This document shows, piece by piece, positions 27,768 to 38,993 of a DNA stretch of 64,000 nucleotides. Positions within the stretch are counted from its first letter, which is position 1. Each line of letters starts with the position of its first letter. The notes beneath the pieces were generated by a model. That model was given only the letters and a program-made list of their open reading frames with translations, was not told where the DNA came from and ran no database searches. Position numbers and translations under genes: made by a program. Source of the DNA: a plasmid; the sequence record NZ_CP120537.1; one strand, written 5' to 3'.

Positions 27768-28400
27768 ATGAAGCGAATACGGCAGTCTACACTGGCAGTC
27801 TTGTTTTGTTTACCTTGTCTTGTTACCGCCAAAGATCTCGGTGTCTGGGGGGATGTGTACCCCGTTCAAGAGCAAAGTATGTTGGACTTTATCCAGGGGC
27901 GGTTAAAGCAGATGGAGGGCACGGGGGAAATCGCGCAGATGCAGCAGGATTTTAAAGATCGCGTGATTGAAAATACCCTGCGTCCACCGCCTGTGGATTG
28001 GCTCAGTACGGATACTGAAGCACACACACTGTGGTACGACCCGACGTTTACGGTTCAAGGGGATTATGCCGATCACAATGGCGTGGTGTTTGCCCGCCAA
28101 GGCGACAAAATAAACCCACTCAGTCACGTGGCACTCGGGCAAACCCTGTACTTTTTAGATGCGGATGATCCGCGCCAAATCGCGTGGATGAATGCACAGC
28201 AGCCCGCGACCTTGCGTTATAAAGTCATTTTAACTAACGGCAATATCAAGGAGGCCACACAGGCGCTGAATACGCGTGTGTTCTTTGACCAAGGGGGCAG
28301 TTTAAGTCATCAGCTCGGGCTTCAGTATATTCCCGCAGTCGTCACACAAGAGGGCGACAAGCTCAAAATCGTCTCGGTGGCGATGCAGGAGGTGCGATGA
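27768..28400 (+). CDS. traW: TraW.
   Basis: 210 aa (F TraW is 210 aa); signal peptide; F-order position. Confidence 0.7.
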   Translation: MKRIRQSTLAVLFCLPCLVTAKDLGVWGDVYPVQEQSMLDFIQGRLKQMEGTGEIAQMQQDFKDRVIENTLRPPPVDWLSTDTEAHTLWYDPTFTVQGDYADHNGVVFARQGDKINPLSHVALGQTLYFLDADDPRQIAWMNAQQPATLRYKVILTNGNIKEATQALNTRVFFDQGGSLSHQLGLQYIPAVVTQEGDKLKIVSVAMQEVR

Positions 28401-29392
28401 ATAAATTTACCCGTTGGCTATTGAGTGTGTGTGTCCTTGGCTGTGTGAGCGTGACAATGCCAGCGAAAGCCGATGTGATGTGTGAAGGGAATTTTGTTAA
28501 TCCGATCACCGATATTTGTTGGGATTGCCTGTTTCCGATGACCATTGGTAATGTCCCCGTTTTCCCTGGCGTGGCACCGGATACAGAAAACCCTTCGATG
28601 CCGATACAGATTTGCCCGATGGGAATTTTATACCGCATTGGTCTTGCCATTGGCTATTGGGAGCCCTTTGCCCTAACGGATGTGACGCGTTCACCGTATT
28701 GCATGGTGAATTTAGGCGGCTTTAACATCAATGTCGGTAAAATGGGCGGGGGCAAAGGTACGCAAAATGACCCTGCCACTCAAGGGGCGTTCTACCATGT
28801 GCATTGGTACAAATACCCGCTGACCTATTGGCTCAATATCATTACCTCGGCAGGCTGTTTAGAGCGCGGGGATATGGATATCGCCTATTTGTCGGAGTTA
28901 GATCCCTTGTGGAATGACAGTTCGTTGTCGTCGATTATTGCCCCTGAAGCGTTTGTGTTTGCCAATCCTATCGCGCAAGGGGCGTGTGCTGCGGATGCGA
29001 TTGCCAGTATTGGCAGCAAGCCCTTAAATGCGCTCTTTTGGTGTGCGGGTTCTCAAGGCAGTATGTATCCGTTTACGGGGTATACGGGGAATGAATTTAG
29101 CCCACAGGCTTCCTCGGTTCTGCTGTCTGAGCGCATGGCGTTTAAATTACATCGGCAAGGGTTGGTGATGAACAGCGTTGGGAAAAATCAGGAGGTGTGC
29201 TACACCTATCCGTCCCCGATTATCCCGAAAGACCGTTATCGCTATCAAATGGTGAATATGTACCCGGATACCGCGCAATGTCATCCTTTTGGTCGGTCCG
29301 TGATGCGCTGGCAAACGGGGCATGCCTCACCCAACAGTCGTAAAAACTTCGGTTATCTCATCTGGCGTAAACGTAACTGCGTTTTCCTCTAA
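28397..29392 (+). CDS. traU: TraU.
   Basis: 331 aa (F TraU is 330 aa); signal peptide; Cys-rich. Confidence 0.75.
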   Translation: MNKFTRWLLSVCVLGCVSVTMPAKADVMCEGNFVNPITDICWDCLFPMTIGNVPVFPGVAPDTENPSMPIQICPMGILYRIGLAIGYWEPFALTDVTRSPYCMVNLGGFNINVGKMGGGKGTQNDPATQGAFYHVHWYKYPLTYWLNIITSAGCLERGDMDIAYLSELDPLWNDSSLSSIIAPEAFVFANPIAQGACAADAIASIGSKPLNALFWCAGSQGSMYPFTGYTGNEFSPQASSVLLSERMAFKLHRQGLVMNSVGKNQEVCYTYPSPIIPKDRYRYQMVNMYPDTAQCHPFGRSVMRWQTGHASPNSRKNFGYLIWRKRNCVFL

Positions 29393-29407
29393 CACGAGGT
29401 CCTTTTC

Positions 29408-30028
29408 ATGAAATCCGTTTTCTTTTTATTCGCAAGCGTACTGCTTGCGTCGACGAGTCATGCCTTAACGGATGACCAACAGTTTTTAGAACAGCTGCGC
29501 GACCAAAGCGCGACCTTGCGGGAACACTCCTTGCCGCCGGATGGCTTTAAGCCACCGGAAATCTCGGCCAAGGATAAAGCCTGGATTGATAGCTTATTAG
29601 CCAAGCAGCAGCATGCGCAGCAACAAGTTGCCGATGCGGCTAAAGCGCAAACAGCTCGGGAAACTCCGTTTATCTATTTTGTGTCGTTTTCTATTCCCGA
29701 AGCGGGACTCAAACAGATGGTGCCAGAGGCCACGCAGCTTGGTATCCCCACGTTGATTAATGGGCTGATTGACAATGACTTTCGTAAAACGGCCAGTGCC
29801 GTGTTTGAACTGACCAAAGACAGTGGTGAAGGGGGCGTACAAATCGACCCGAAAACCTTTGCACAATACGGCATTACGCAAGTTCCTGCACTGGTAGTGC
29901 GCTGTGAGCAAGGCTTTGATGTGATATACGGCAATATTCGTTTGATATCCGCCATTGAACGGATTGCCAGCAGTGGCGATTGCCATCAGGTTGCTCAAGA
30001 TTGGTTGGTATCGAGGACGCGGCAATGA
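29408..30028 (+). CDS. trbC: TrbC.
   Basis: 206 aa periplasmic protein in the F trbC position. Confidence 0.65.
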   Translation: MKSVFFLFASVLLASTSHALTDDQQFLEQLRDQSATLREHSLPPDGFKPPEISAKDKAWIDSLLAKQQHAQQQVADAAKAQTARETPFIYFVSFSIPEAGLKQMVPEATQLGIPTLINGLIDNDFRKTASAVFELTKDSGEGGVQIDPKTFAQYGITQVPALVVRCEQGFDVIYGNIRLISAIERIASSGDCHQVAQDWLVSRTRQ

Positions 30029-31917
30029 AACGGTTATTGATTGCATTATGTGGTGTGGGGGCTCTGTCACTGGGGTTTGCGGCCAATGATTATAAAGCAG
30101 GCTCAGAATTTGCGAATAGCCTGAAAAATAAAGGGACAGACACGATAAAAAACACCAATCCCGCCGACATTATTCCGAACTATACCGCCAATCCGTCAGA
30201 AAGTGGCTATTACGGTGGGGTGACGTCAGGCGCAGCTTCGGGGCTGGAAAATGCCGGTATGAAAGCGATGAATGACACCGATGCGGGACAAACCACGATG
30301 GAGGTCATGAAAAACCGACCACCGGATAAGTTAGATTTGGACGCCCCGTTCTTAAAAGCCGGCATTGATATGCGGGAAAAGGCGGAGTCAGAAAGCGGGC
30401 AAATTACGGTGCCGTGTCAGGATGTGACGCTGGATAAAACCGAAATCACGTCACACCAATGTGAGCGAACCCCAGCGGCCAGTTTAGCCTGTACTCGCAC
30501 AGCCAAAATTACGTGGGAAGAGGATACACAATCGGTTTTGAAAGAAATTTATATCCCCAATGAACAAATCAAATATCACAATGTGGGCAGAAAACCGATT
30601 GTTGGGACATTTAATCTTGATCAAGATGGGCGAATTGAAGCCTTTACGATGTATGCATGGGCAAGAAAATGCGCCCCCTACAATGAGCCATTGTTTCCGT
30701 GGCATACAGATCAGGTTATCAGTTTATGGGGATTAACACTGACGGATTTAAAACCGCAACGCACCTGTAATTGGAATGATATGGGAAATGCAAAAACGGT
30801 TGTTGCTACTAAGGCCGTTAATGTTAAAGAGGGAAAGCATCAGTTTACGATTTCATTAACGGGGCTTTGGCAATACGGCAATATTACGGAAGGTAGCGTT
30901 GATTTATTGAATAAAAATCAATTAAGAATCAATTTGAAAATTAAGATGTGGGTACTCGAAAAAACGGTTAAACCCAAAATTGAATGGGTTGAACATTGTC
31001 CGTTTGATAAATCTGAAGAAGTGAAAGTTGAAACCCAATGTACTGAAAAAGGGGGCACGAAAACCGTCACGGTGGGCGGTAAAAAATACGATGTTTACAG
31101 TGAATGTTGGCAGTACACCGATTATTACGCCAAGCAGTCGGCAGACAATGGCAGCTGCGGTGACTACATGAAAAATCCCGCTTGCACCATTGTCAAAACC
31201 ACCTGTATTGAATCCGTTGGCAGTACGTGTTTGCGGGAGCAAGCGGTGTTTTCCTGTGAAAAAGGGCTGACCGGAGGCGGGAAAATGTGCGGCGTTGAGC
31301 TGATTTGTGCCAGCGGCGAGTGTGACCAAATCAAAAATGATAAAGCCAACAGCTTCCAAAAAGCGGTATCGGCGTTAGCAGCGGTGGCGGCGGCAGGCGA
31401 AGATGTGGCAGAGCTCAATGACGTGAATGTCAGGGCTTTTACAGGTCAGCGTTATACCTGTCGTAAAGCGGCTGCGGGGTTTAATAACTGCTGCAAAAGT
31501 GGTGGTTGGGGAAGTGATGTGGGGCTGGCGCACTGTGACAGTGAAGAAAAAGCGCTGGGTAAAGCCAAAAGTCGCAATCTGACCATTTATGTCGGTTCCT
31601 ATTGCTCGAATAAAGTCCTCGGGGTGTGTCTTCAGAAGAAAGAAGCCTACTGCGTGTTTGACAGTAAGCTTGCCAAAATCGTGCAAGAGCAAGGACGTGG
31701 CGGGCAGTTACGCATTGGTTTTGGTAGCGCCAAAAACAGTGACTGTCGCGGTATCACCGTCGATGAATTGCAGGCCATTAACTTTGACCGACTGAATTTT
31801 GCGGATTTCTATTCCGATTTGGAATCGGGCACCGATATTCCGGCTGACCAAGAACTGATTGACCGCGTAAAAAATCAAATCGCCAATGGCCTGCAAGGGC
31901 AAGGGGGACAAGGATGA
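29980..31917 (+). CDS. traN: TraN (outer-membrane mating-pair stabilisation protein); probable start at ~30025.
   Basis: 645 aa; signal peptide; C-terminal half very Cys-rich. Confidence 0.75.
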   Translation: MPSGCSRLVGIEDAAMKRLLIALCGVGALSLGFAANDYKAGSEFANSLKNKGTDTIKNTNPADIIPNYTANPSESGYYGGVTSGAASGLENAGMKAMNDTDAGQTTMEVMKNRPPDKLDLDAPFLKAGIDMREKAESESGQITVPCQDVTLDKTEITSHQCERTPAASLACTRTAKITWEEDTQSVLKEIYIPNEQIKYHNVGRKPIVGTFNLDQDGRIEAFTMYAWARKCAPYNEPLFPWHTDQVISLWGLTLTDLKPQRTCNWNDMGNAKTVVATKAVNVKEGKHQFTISLTGLWQYGNITEGSVDLLNKNQLRINLKIKMWVLEKTVKPKIEWVEHCPFDKSEEVKVETQCTEKGGTKTVTVGGKKYDVYSECWQYTDYYAKQSADNGSCGDYMKNPACTIVKTTCIESVGSTCLREQAVFSCEKGLTGGGKMCGVELICASGECDQIKNDKANSFQKAVSALAAVAAAGEDVAELNDVNVRAFTGQRYTCRKAAAGFNNCCKSGGWGSDVGLAHCDSEEKALGKAKSRNLTIYVGSYCSNKVLGVCLQKKEAYCVFDSKLAKIVQEQGRGGQLRIGFGSAKNSDCRGITVDELQAINFDRLNFADFYSDLESGTDIPADQELIDRVKNQIANGLQGQGGQG

Positions 31918-32702
31918 CAAGACGGATTTTAATATTGCTCATCAGTCTGGTGATACCCGGAGCGGGATTGGCCAACAATGAGGAAAGGGTTGAAACGCGA
32001 ACGTATGTGGATGAGCCCATCGTCGGTTGGCACTGGTACAACGAGCCTCAACCGGAAGACGAGGAAGAGCCGCCAGAGCCAGAGCAAATCCCACTTTCGA
32101 CGTTATCACCGACGCTGCAAAAAAAGGTCATGCAAAAGTTGACAGAAGAAGCCTTAGACACCGCGATTATGCAACCCTCGCCACAAAATGCCCTGCGATA
32201 CATGGCGTATCAGCGCTTTTGGTTGGAGCAGTCCGGTAAGTTTGAGCGGTCAGTAAAAAAAGGGTTATTGCTTGACCCTACCCTTGATTACAACTTGGAG
32301 CACAGTCACTACAACAGTACGGTGCCATTGCAACTATCCCAACTGCAAGGCAAGGAAAAAGCGGCTATTCAATCGTTATCGTCACAATACGGTGTGTTTT
32401 TCTTTTATCGCGGACAAGACCCACTGGATAACCAGTTAGCTACCGTGGTTCGGGAATTTGCACAGTCACACAGTATTGCTCTGATTCCCGTATCCGTTGA
32501 TGGCGTTCGCAGTGAAGCACTGCCTGAGACTCGACCTGATACGGGGCAAGTCGCCAAAATGGGTATCACCCATTTTCCGGCCTTGTTCTTAGTTGACCCG
32601 AAAAGTGAACATTACCAACCGCTTGCGTATGGGTTTATGACGCAAGATGCGTTAGCCCGCCGCTTTTTAGATGTCGCCACAGATTTTAAGCCTAATTATT
32701 AA
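31914..32702 (+). CDS. traF: TraF (thioredoxin-fold pilus assembly protein).
   Basis: '...DYNLEHSHYN.TV...FFFYRGQDPLD.QLA.V...IPVSVDGV....LP..R.D.GQ...G...FPA..LVDPK......L.YGF..QD.LA..FL.V..DFKPN' parallels F TraF. Confidence 0.85.
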   Translation: MTRRILILLISLVIPGAGLANNEERVETRTYVDEPIVGWHWYNEPQPEDEEEPPEPEQIPLSTLSPTLQKKVMQKLTEEALDTAIMQPSPQNALRYMAYQRFWLEQSGKFERSVKKGLLLDPTLDYNLEHSHYNSTVPLQLSQLQGKEKAAIQSLSSQYGVFFFYRGQDPLDNQLATVVREFAQSHSIALIPVSVDGVRSEALPETRPDTGQVAKMGITHFPALFLVDPKSEHYQPLAYGFMTQDALARRFLDVATDFKPNY

Positions 32703-33015
32703 GGATAAAGACATGACAAAACCCACGATAAAAGAACGATTAATTGAAAATACTTTGATTTACCTTGGCATGACGTTGATTTTTGCCTCACTGATTTTTT
32801 ATGGACTGATCCATTACTTAATCGATATTCGCCACGGCGTTTTAAGTGAGTCTACAAAGCAAACCCTTCAAATGATACAAGAAACCGGCATGGTATTTAT
32901 TTTCGCATTAGGGGCTGCGACGTGTTTGGCAGGGATGTTCTATGCCGTCATTAAAGCTTGGCAGCGCATTAAAGCCCCGACCGTTTTTCCGGAGGATGAG
33001 GAGAAAACATCGTGA
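32671..33015 (+). CDS. Small membrane protein (TraQ/TrbA position); probable start at ~32713.
   Basis: Two transmembrane segments; positional call only. Confidence 0.4.
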   Translation: MSPQILSLIIKDKDMTKPTIKERLIENTLIYLGMTLIFASLIFYGLIHYLIDIRHGVLSESTKQTLQMIQETGMVFIFALGAATCLAGMFYAVIKAWQRIKAPTVFPEDEEKTS

Positions 33016-33545
33016 GAATAATGATGTTAGCGATAATGTTGTTCTTCAGCGGTCTAGTTCAAGCGAGTGTGATGGATGATATTGCGGAGCTTGAAGCGCA
33101 TAAAACCGCCCCAACCGAGCGAGAAACCGTCATTGAAGAAGAAACACCGCCATCAAAAATCAATACCGTTGTAGTTAAACCGTACCGATTACCCAACGGA
33201 AAGGTCGTCAATTTAAATGATTATACCTTGGTGTTGTTTATGCAAGCTAAGTGCCCGTATTGCCAGCAGTTTGACCCGCAATTAGCCTTACTGTCAGCGC
33301 AAACGGGATTTAAGGTTTTTGCGTACACGCTCGATGGTCAAGGCGATATGGCGTTTCCCAATGCGATACCCGCGCCCGCTGAAGTGGTGCAAACTTTTTT
33401 TGGGGCAGGGATGCAAGTTGTGACGCCTTCCGTGTTTTTGGTGGAGGTCAATACCTTACGAACATACCCACTGCTACAAGGGCTGACGGATATGCAGGAT
33501 GTGATGAACCGAATCAACAGTAACTTAATGTTGGCGACACAATAA
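33012..33545 (+). CDS. trbB: TrbB (periplasmic thioredoxin/DsbC-like).
   Basis: CxxC motif 'CPYC'; signal peptide; 177 aa. Confidence 0.7.
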   Translation: MRIMMLAIMLFFSGLVQASVMDDIAELEAHKTAPTERETVIEEETPPSKINTVVVKPYRLPNGKVVNLNDYTLVLFMQAKCPYCQQFDPQLALLSAQTGFKVFAYTLDGQGDMAFPNAIPAPAEVVQTFFGAGMQVVTPSVFLVEVNTLRTYPLLQGLTDMQDVMNRINSNLMLATQ

Positions 33546-33672
33546 AGGAGATTTGGTGACTGAAAATGCGTAAAGCGCAAAAAGATGTGTAAGAAGTACT
33601 TTTTTTAGTGCTAAGTCTGTGGGGATATTTTACTGCTGACCTATTTTATCATTTGAAAATAGAGAACGTATT

Positions 33673-34074
33673 ATGCCAAATAATCAGGTGGATACTGCAA
33701 TCCAAGATGAGATAAATCGTGATAAAAATGCAAAACTCCAAAAAAGAATTCGTGAATTAAGAAAATACCAATCCTGTGAAGCGAAACGCCAAGACCAGAG
33801 CGCTTCTGAGTTTATTGGTTATGCTATCGCAGGTTTGGTTCTTTGGTTTGTGATGCATAAGGCGTTTGAGATGGCATGCTGGCCTGATAGTGAACTCGAT
33901 GCTGACCCTAACTACTTAGGAACAAAAGGACTGTGGAATGTGGTGATGTATGTTGTGCCCTTTTGTTTTTGGGGTATTGCGATAAAACACCTTGTGATAG
34001 GGGTATTTTCTTGGATCGAATATTACTTTGCACAGTTTAAAATCACTCGGTTGAAAAAGAAGTTAGCCAAATGA
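33673..34074 (+). CDS. Membrane protein (TrbF-like position).
   Basis: Hydrophobic ORF before traH. Confidence 0.4.
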   Translation: MPNNQVDTAIQDEINRDKNAKLQKRIRELRKYQSCEAKRQDQSASEFIGYAIAGLVLWFVMHKAFEMACWPDSELDADPNYLGTKGLWNVVMYVVPFCFWGIAIKHLVIGVFSWIEYYFAQFKITRLKKKLAK

Positions 34075-34466
34075 AAAAGCGAGATTATCACATTATCGAC
34101 CCACTGATTGAACCACTGGTGAAAACCTTCAATCAATGCGGTTTTAGCACTTATGCTTCCTGCCAAGGGCATGGTTGGCCTGTTGACTATCGGAAGCCCT
34201 ATATCGCGTTTATATCGACAACTGAACATGCAGGGCGGCTTGAACAGCGCTTGCGGGAGGATATGGAATCCCCATTACCCAAGCTTAACTGGGGATGGAT
34301 GATTGGCTGCGGGTTTAATGACGCTTATCAATTGTGTTTTTCACTGCGGCTTTGTGGCCATCGCCGAGGGTATTATCGCTACTGGCGGCCGTCAATCATC
34401 CATGATTTTGCGGTTATCGAGAAGATGCTCCTCACCGAGTTTGGTTCTCATTCTTCAATGGAATAA
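34071..34466 (+). CDS. Hypothetical protein, 131 aa.
   Basis: ORF only. Confidence 0.4.
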   Translation: MKKRDYHIIDPLIEPLVKTFNQCGFSTYASCQGHGWPVDYRKPYIAFISTTEHAGRLEQRLREDMESPLPKLNWGWMIGCGFNDAYQLCFSLRLCGHRRGYYRYWRPSIIHDFAVIEKMLLTEFGSHSSME

Positions 34467-34661
34467 CGCTATTTCGCTCGTTATCTCCCTTTAATCTCAC
34501 TTTACTCTTTAATGCCGACACGCAATAGCTTGCGGATGATGGCACTCAATAAGGTTTACCCACAATGAATGATTTAATCAACCCTATTCCTTGCCGGAAT
34601 AAGGCGATAAACCCTGCCTTATTCTCGTGTTGGCCTATTTATCTTCAATCCGGAGGCCCTA

Positions 34662-36038
34662 ATGCGTAAAGGACTCATTGCTGTCATTTGTTCGGCATTA
34701 CTCAATCAAACCGTGGCGGTTGCCAATGTGAACAGTGATATGAATAACTTCTTCAATAAGTTGGGCTTCGAAGGCAATGCCACCGATGCCCGTGCTTGGG
34801 AAGGTCAGGCCGCAGGTTATGCCACAGGCGGTAATTTATTCCTGCGTAGCCAAGTGAAGCAGTTGCAAATTGCGTCATTCACGCCGCCATCCATCAATGC
34901 GGGGTGTGGGGGGATTGATGCCTACCTTGGGTCTTTTTCTTATATGAACAGTGAGCAGCTGCAGCAATTTATCAAACAGATGATGACCAATGGGGCAGGA
35001 TATTTATTTGATTTGGCATTGCAAACGACTGTACCTGAACTGAAATCGGCGAAAGATTTTGTGCAAAAAATGGCGTCAGATATCAATAGTATGAATATTT
35101 CATCGTGTCAGGCCGCCCAAGGCATTATTGGCGGGCTGTGGCCCACCAATACCGTGGCCTCACAAAAAATCTGTCAGGATATTGGCGGGGCGACCAATTT
35201 GTTTGAGGACTGGGCGGCTTCACGTCAAGGATGTACGGTCGGCGGGCAGATGAACAATGCCTTTAATAAAGCCCCTGAGAACATGAAAGACCAAATCATG
35301 CAGAATAAAAACTTGATGTGGGAAATCTTGGCCAAAAGTCAGTTTTTATCCGGCGATAACGAGTTAAAAGAGTTGGTCATGAACCTGACAGGTACACTCA
35401 TTTTTGATGCCAAAGGAAATGTTAAAAGCACCATTCCCAAAGTGAACCGCCAAGAACTCATCAAAACCTTGATGGAAGGCGGCACGATGACCATTGAGGG
35501 ATGTGTGTCTACCGTGGATTGTCTGGAGCTAAAAAGCAAAAAAATCACCATCAGCAGTCAAAATGGGCTTATCTCCATGACCAAAACCATGATTGAAGGC
35601 ATTCAAGGCAAGTTACGCAGTGATGAGGGGTTAAGTGCCAAAGAAAAAGGCTTTATTCAAAGTACCTCTATCCCGATTTTGAAGTATTTGGTTGACCCGA
35701 TGCAACTAAATATTCAAGCCAATTTATTACCGGCCCTGGCCGATTATATTGCTTATGACATTTTACTTCAGTACCTGCAGGAGTTGATTGACCAAGCTAA
35801 AGGGGCAATGGGAAGCCGAAATTACATGGAAGAAGCGGTGAAGCCGCTACGAGAAAATATCGCTGAAGCCTCACGCCAATTGGAATCCCTGCAGCAAATG
35901 GTCAACACCAAGGCCAATGTCTTGATTGAGCTGGAGCGACAAATGAGTTACTTGCGCCAACAAACCTCCAGTCAGCTGCAAGAGCGTTTTATGCAAAACA
36001 CCCGCTTTAATATCGTCAATCCTGAAACACAAAAATAA
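34662..36038 (+). CDS. traH: TraH.
   Basis: 458 aa (same as F TraH); signal peptide; F-order position. Confidence 0.8.
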   Translation: MRKGLIAVICSALLNQTVAVANVNSDMNNFFNKLGFEGNATDARAWEGQAAGYATGGNLFLRSQVKQLQIASFTPPSINAGCGGIDAYLGSFSYMNSEQLQQFIKQMMTNGAGYLFDLALQTTVPELKSAKDFVQKMASDINSMNISSCQAAQGIIGGLWPTNTVASQKICQDIGGATNLFEDWAASRQGCTVGGQMNNAFNKAPENMKDQIMQNKNLMWEILAKSQFLSGDNELKELVMNLTGTLIFDAKGNVKSTIPKVNRQELIKTLMEGGTMTIEGCVSTVDCLELKSKKITISSQNGLISMTKTMIEGIQGKLRSDEGLSAKEKGFIQSTSIPILKYLVDPMQLNIQANLLPALADYIAYDILLQYLQELIDQAKGAMGSRNYMEEAVKPLRENIAEASRQLESLQQMVNTKANVLIELERQMSYLRQQTSSQLQERFMQNTRFNIVNPETQK

Positions 36039-36050
36039 AGGAGCCGCAAT

Positions 36051-38942
36051 ATGGCCGTGATAGATACCGTCTATGTGCTCGGCGGCGGTGAATACATGAT
36101 GCAAGTATTCAACGGCGTCGCTGCATTGATAGGCTCTGATACATGGGACTCGATGTTCCGCATTGTATTATCGATTTCTGCGGTATCCGTATTGATATCG
36201 TTTATGAAAGCCCATGACCCGAAAGAGCTAATTAAATTTACAGCTATCATTGTGTTGGTCTCCAGTGTGTTGTTAGTACCCAAACGAACAGTCCAAATTA
36301 TTGACCGTACCAACCCGACGGGGGTCTATTTAGTCGATAATGTCCCGTTAGGGTTAGCGGCACCGGCTAAATTTATTACCTCGATTGGAACGGGATTGAC
36401 TGAGTTGTATGACATGATATTCCATACCCCTGACTCATTAACCTACAGTAAAACCGGCATGTTGTTTGGGGCAAATCTGGTCGGTAATCTCAGCGATGCG
36501 ATGATGGTTGATGGAGATTTGGCGGAATTGATGGGGCTTTACACCAAAAACTGTGTCATCGGGGATATTTTAATTAACCATAAATATTCGTTTCAAGAAC
36601 TGATGAGTAGCCGTGACCCTTATACGCTCATTTTCCAAAAACCAAGCCCGTTACGCGGCATTATTGTGCCCTACGGTAACACCGCTGCCGTTGGCGCTAA
36701 TGGTGTTGCACAAAGTGGTTTCTGGACGTGTGCAGATATAGCAAAACATGTCTTAATGCCAAAACTCAATATCGATACACAAACGGGTGGAAAAACCTGG
36801 AATTACATGGTGAAACAAATCTTTGGCGGCCGTCCTGATGCCAATGTGTTGTACAGTAATATGATGGGCGATAGCTATAACTTTTATTACCAGGGGTCAG
36901 AAACTGCCAGTCAGTTGATGCGAAATTCCGTGGTGATGAACGCGCTTAAAAACGGCATCAGTGCTTACAGTGCGCAAAGCGGTGATACCGCCAGTTTAGT
37001 GAACTTAGCCTCCACGTCGTCATACAATAAAATGCGATTAAGTTGGGCGACGTCATCCCAAGTGGCGGTTTCCTTTGTACCGATATTGAATACCATTTTG
37101 TTGTCGTTAGTGATTGCGCTTTTTCCTATCTTTATCTTACTGGCGGTCATTCATTCACTTTCGGTGAAAATGTTATTCAACTACATCATGTCCATCATTT
37201 ACCTGCAATCCTGGCCGCCGATGTTTGCCATTTTAAATTATGCGACCAGTTTTTACTTACAGGGAAAAACTAACGGCTTAGATTTTAATCTGGCGAATCA
37301 AGCCAGTATCCAACAAATGCACAGTGATATCGGGTTAATTGCCGGTTGGTTATCCATATCGATACCCTTTATTGCAGTTGCAATAGTGAAAGGATTAGGT
37401 CCTGCAATCGCGCAAGCGGGGAACTATTTAGGCACCGCCATCAACAGTTCGGCGACAGCCACTTCCTCACAAGCGGCGGACGGAACCTGGTCATTTAATA
37501 ATATGCAAACGGGGAATGTAGCAGGCAATAAATGGGATACCAATGCCAGCTTCCGTGATGGTCAGATGACACGGCAACTGGCCAGTGGGGCAAGCAGCAC
37601 GGTAACCAGTAGTGGCCAAGAAGTGATGGATATCAGTGGCGCGATGTCGAGATTACCGGTATCCATTAAAGGCAGTGAGGCAGTGGTGAGTTCGTTACAA
37701 CAAAGTGCGAAGTTCGCTAAAACTCAAGCCGCGCAGTCGCTGAGTGCGTTCCAAAGTTCAGTGAATTCCGCATGGAATCAAGCGTCACAATTTACTAAGC
37801 AATTTGGTAACAGTGCAACAGCATCAACCTCTACAGATTCGGGATTGAGTGGCAATCAGGCCGAAGGCTTTAAGAAAGTGATTAACGCCACAGAAACGCG
37901 AGCAAAAAATGACAACATTAGCAATGAAGAGGCATTTGCCAAGCTCTTGAGTGAGAGCTTTGATGCGTCTAAAACCATGGGGGCAAAAGCGGAAGGCGGG
38001 ATATCACTCCCAGTTATTGGGGGAGCTCAAGCATATACCGATGGTAATACCCGAGATACGGACAGTAAGCAAAGCAGCGTACAAGAGCGAAGTTCAAGGC
38101 ATCAAGATACACGCAGTGAATCTGGTTCACAAACGAACCGCGACTTTACTGAAGGCTTAGATATGCTCAATAGCAGCAAAATCTCGGAAGGAACCAATCG
38201 ACACGATAATGAGGCGAATTCAGAGATTAATCAAATTGTTGCAACACTGAATGTAGCGAAAAACCAATATGAGCAATACTCAAATAGCTTAACGGAAAGT
38301 AAGGAGTTAAGTGATATGGCGAGCTTCGCTCAAAATAACAGTGCGCAGATTGACAGTAATTTAGATCAAGAGTTTGCCAGCTACGTCAGGCAAAAAGCAC
38401 CAAGTCAAGCAGATGAATTACTCAGTAATACCAGTGATATCCGTGTGGCAAAAGAAAGGGATGCTTTGGCTCAATCGTTTGTCAAAGAGCGGTTACTACC
38501 AAAACTGGAGAGTGAATACTCTCAAAATCGTGGAAATATCGAAGCTAAAGGTGCAGCTGCTTCAGGTGGAAATCTACCCTCATCGAGTGATTTAATTGCT
38601 GAACATGAATCCAATGACAAACGGATTAAATCGATGAGTGAAGGAGCAGAAATAAAACATGATACAGCTCAAAATGTACTCGCAAAAGAGGCGTCAACAA
38701 AAGGAAATATTGCTAATATTAAAAATGATATAGAGAAAGGAAAAAAAGAAATTGACCTACGAAAAAATGAGCTTGAAATTAATCATCAAGTAGAGATAAA
38801 AAAACAAGAAACAAAGTTTAAAGAGGAGCAAGATCATAAGAAAAAAGCTGGTTTAATAGTGGATGATCGGCCGATAGAAAAGAAACCAGGCTCTAATGGA
38901 ATAATGGATCCTGAGGATTTTTACAAAAAAAATAGTGATTGA
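36051..38942 (+). CDS. traG: TraG (mating-pair stabilisation / entry exclusion).
   Basis: 963 aa; polytopic N-terminus; large periplasmic C-terminus; position is before traD. Confidence 0.8.
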   Translation: MAVIDTVYVLGGGEYMMQVFNGVAALIGSDTWDSMFRIVLSISAVSVLISFMKAHDPKELIKFTAIIVLVSSVLLVPKRTVQIIDRTNPTGVYLVDNVPLGLAAPAKFITSIGTGLTELYDMIFHTPDSLTYSKTGMLFGANLVGNLSDAMMVDGDLAELMGLYTKNCVIGDILINHKYSFQELMSSRDPYTLIFQKPSPLRGIIVPYGNTAAVGANGVAQSGFWTCADIAKHVLMPKLNIDTQTGGKTWNYMVKQIFGGRPDANVLYSNMMGDSYNFYYQGSETASQLMRNSVVMNALKNGISAYSAQSGDTASLVNLASTSSYNKMRLSWATSSQVAVSFVPILNTILLSLVIALFPIFILLAVIHSLSVKMLFNYIMSIIYLQSWPPMFAILNYATSFYLQGKTNGLDFNLANQASIQQMHSDIGLIAGWLSISIPFIAVAIVKGLGPAIAQAGNYLGTAINSSATATSSQAADGTWSFNNMQTGNVAGNKWDTNASFRDGQMTRQLASGASSTVTSSGQEVMDISGAMSRLPVSIKGSEAVVSSLQQSAKFAKTQAAQSLSAFQSSVNSAWNQASQFTKQFGNSATASTSTDSGLSGNQAEGFKKVINATETRAKNDNISNEEAFAKLLSESFDASKTMGAKAEGGISLPVIGGAQAYTDGNTRDTDSKQSSVQERSSRHQDTRSESGSQTNRDFTEGLDMLNSSKISEGTNRHDNEANSEINQIVATLNVAKNQYEQYSNSLTESKELSDMASFAQNNSAQIDSNLDQEFASYVRQKAPSQADELLSNTSDIRVAKERDALAQSFVKERLLPKLESEYSQNRGNIEAKGAAASGGNLPSSSDLIAEHESNDKRIKSMSEGAEIKHDTAQNVLAKEASTKGNIANIKNDIEKGKKEIDLRKNELEINHQVEIKKQETKFKEEQDHKKKAGLIVDDRPIEKKPGSNGIMDPEDFYKKNSD

Positions 38943-38993
38943 GTCTGCATTTTAGGTTAAATAGTAGTTATTAGATTAAATTAAGGAATTAAA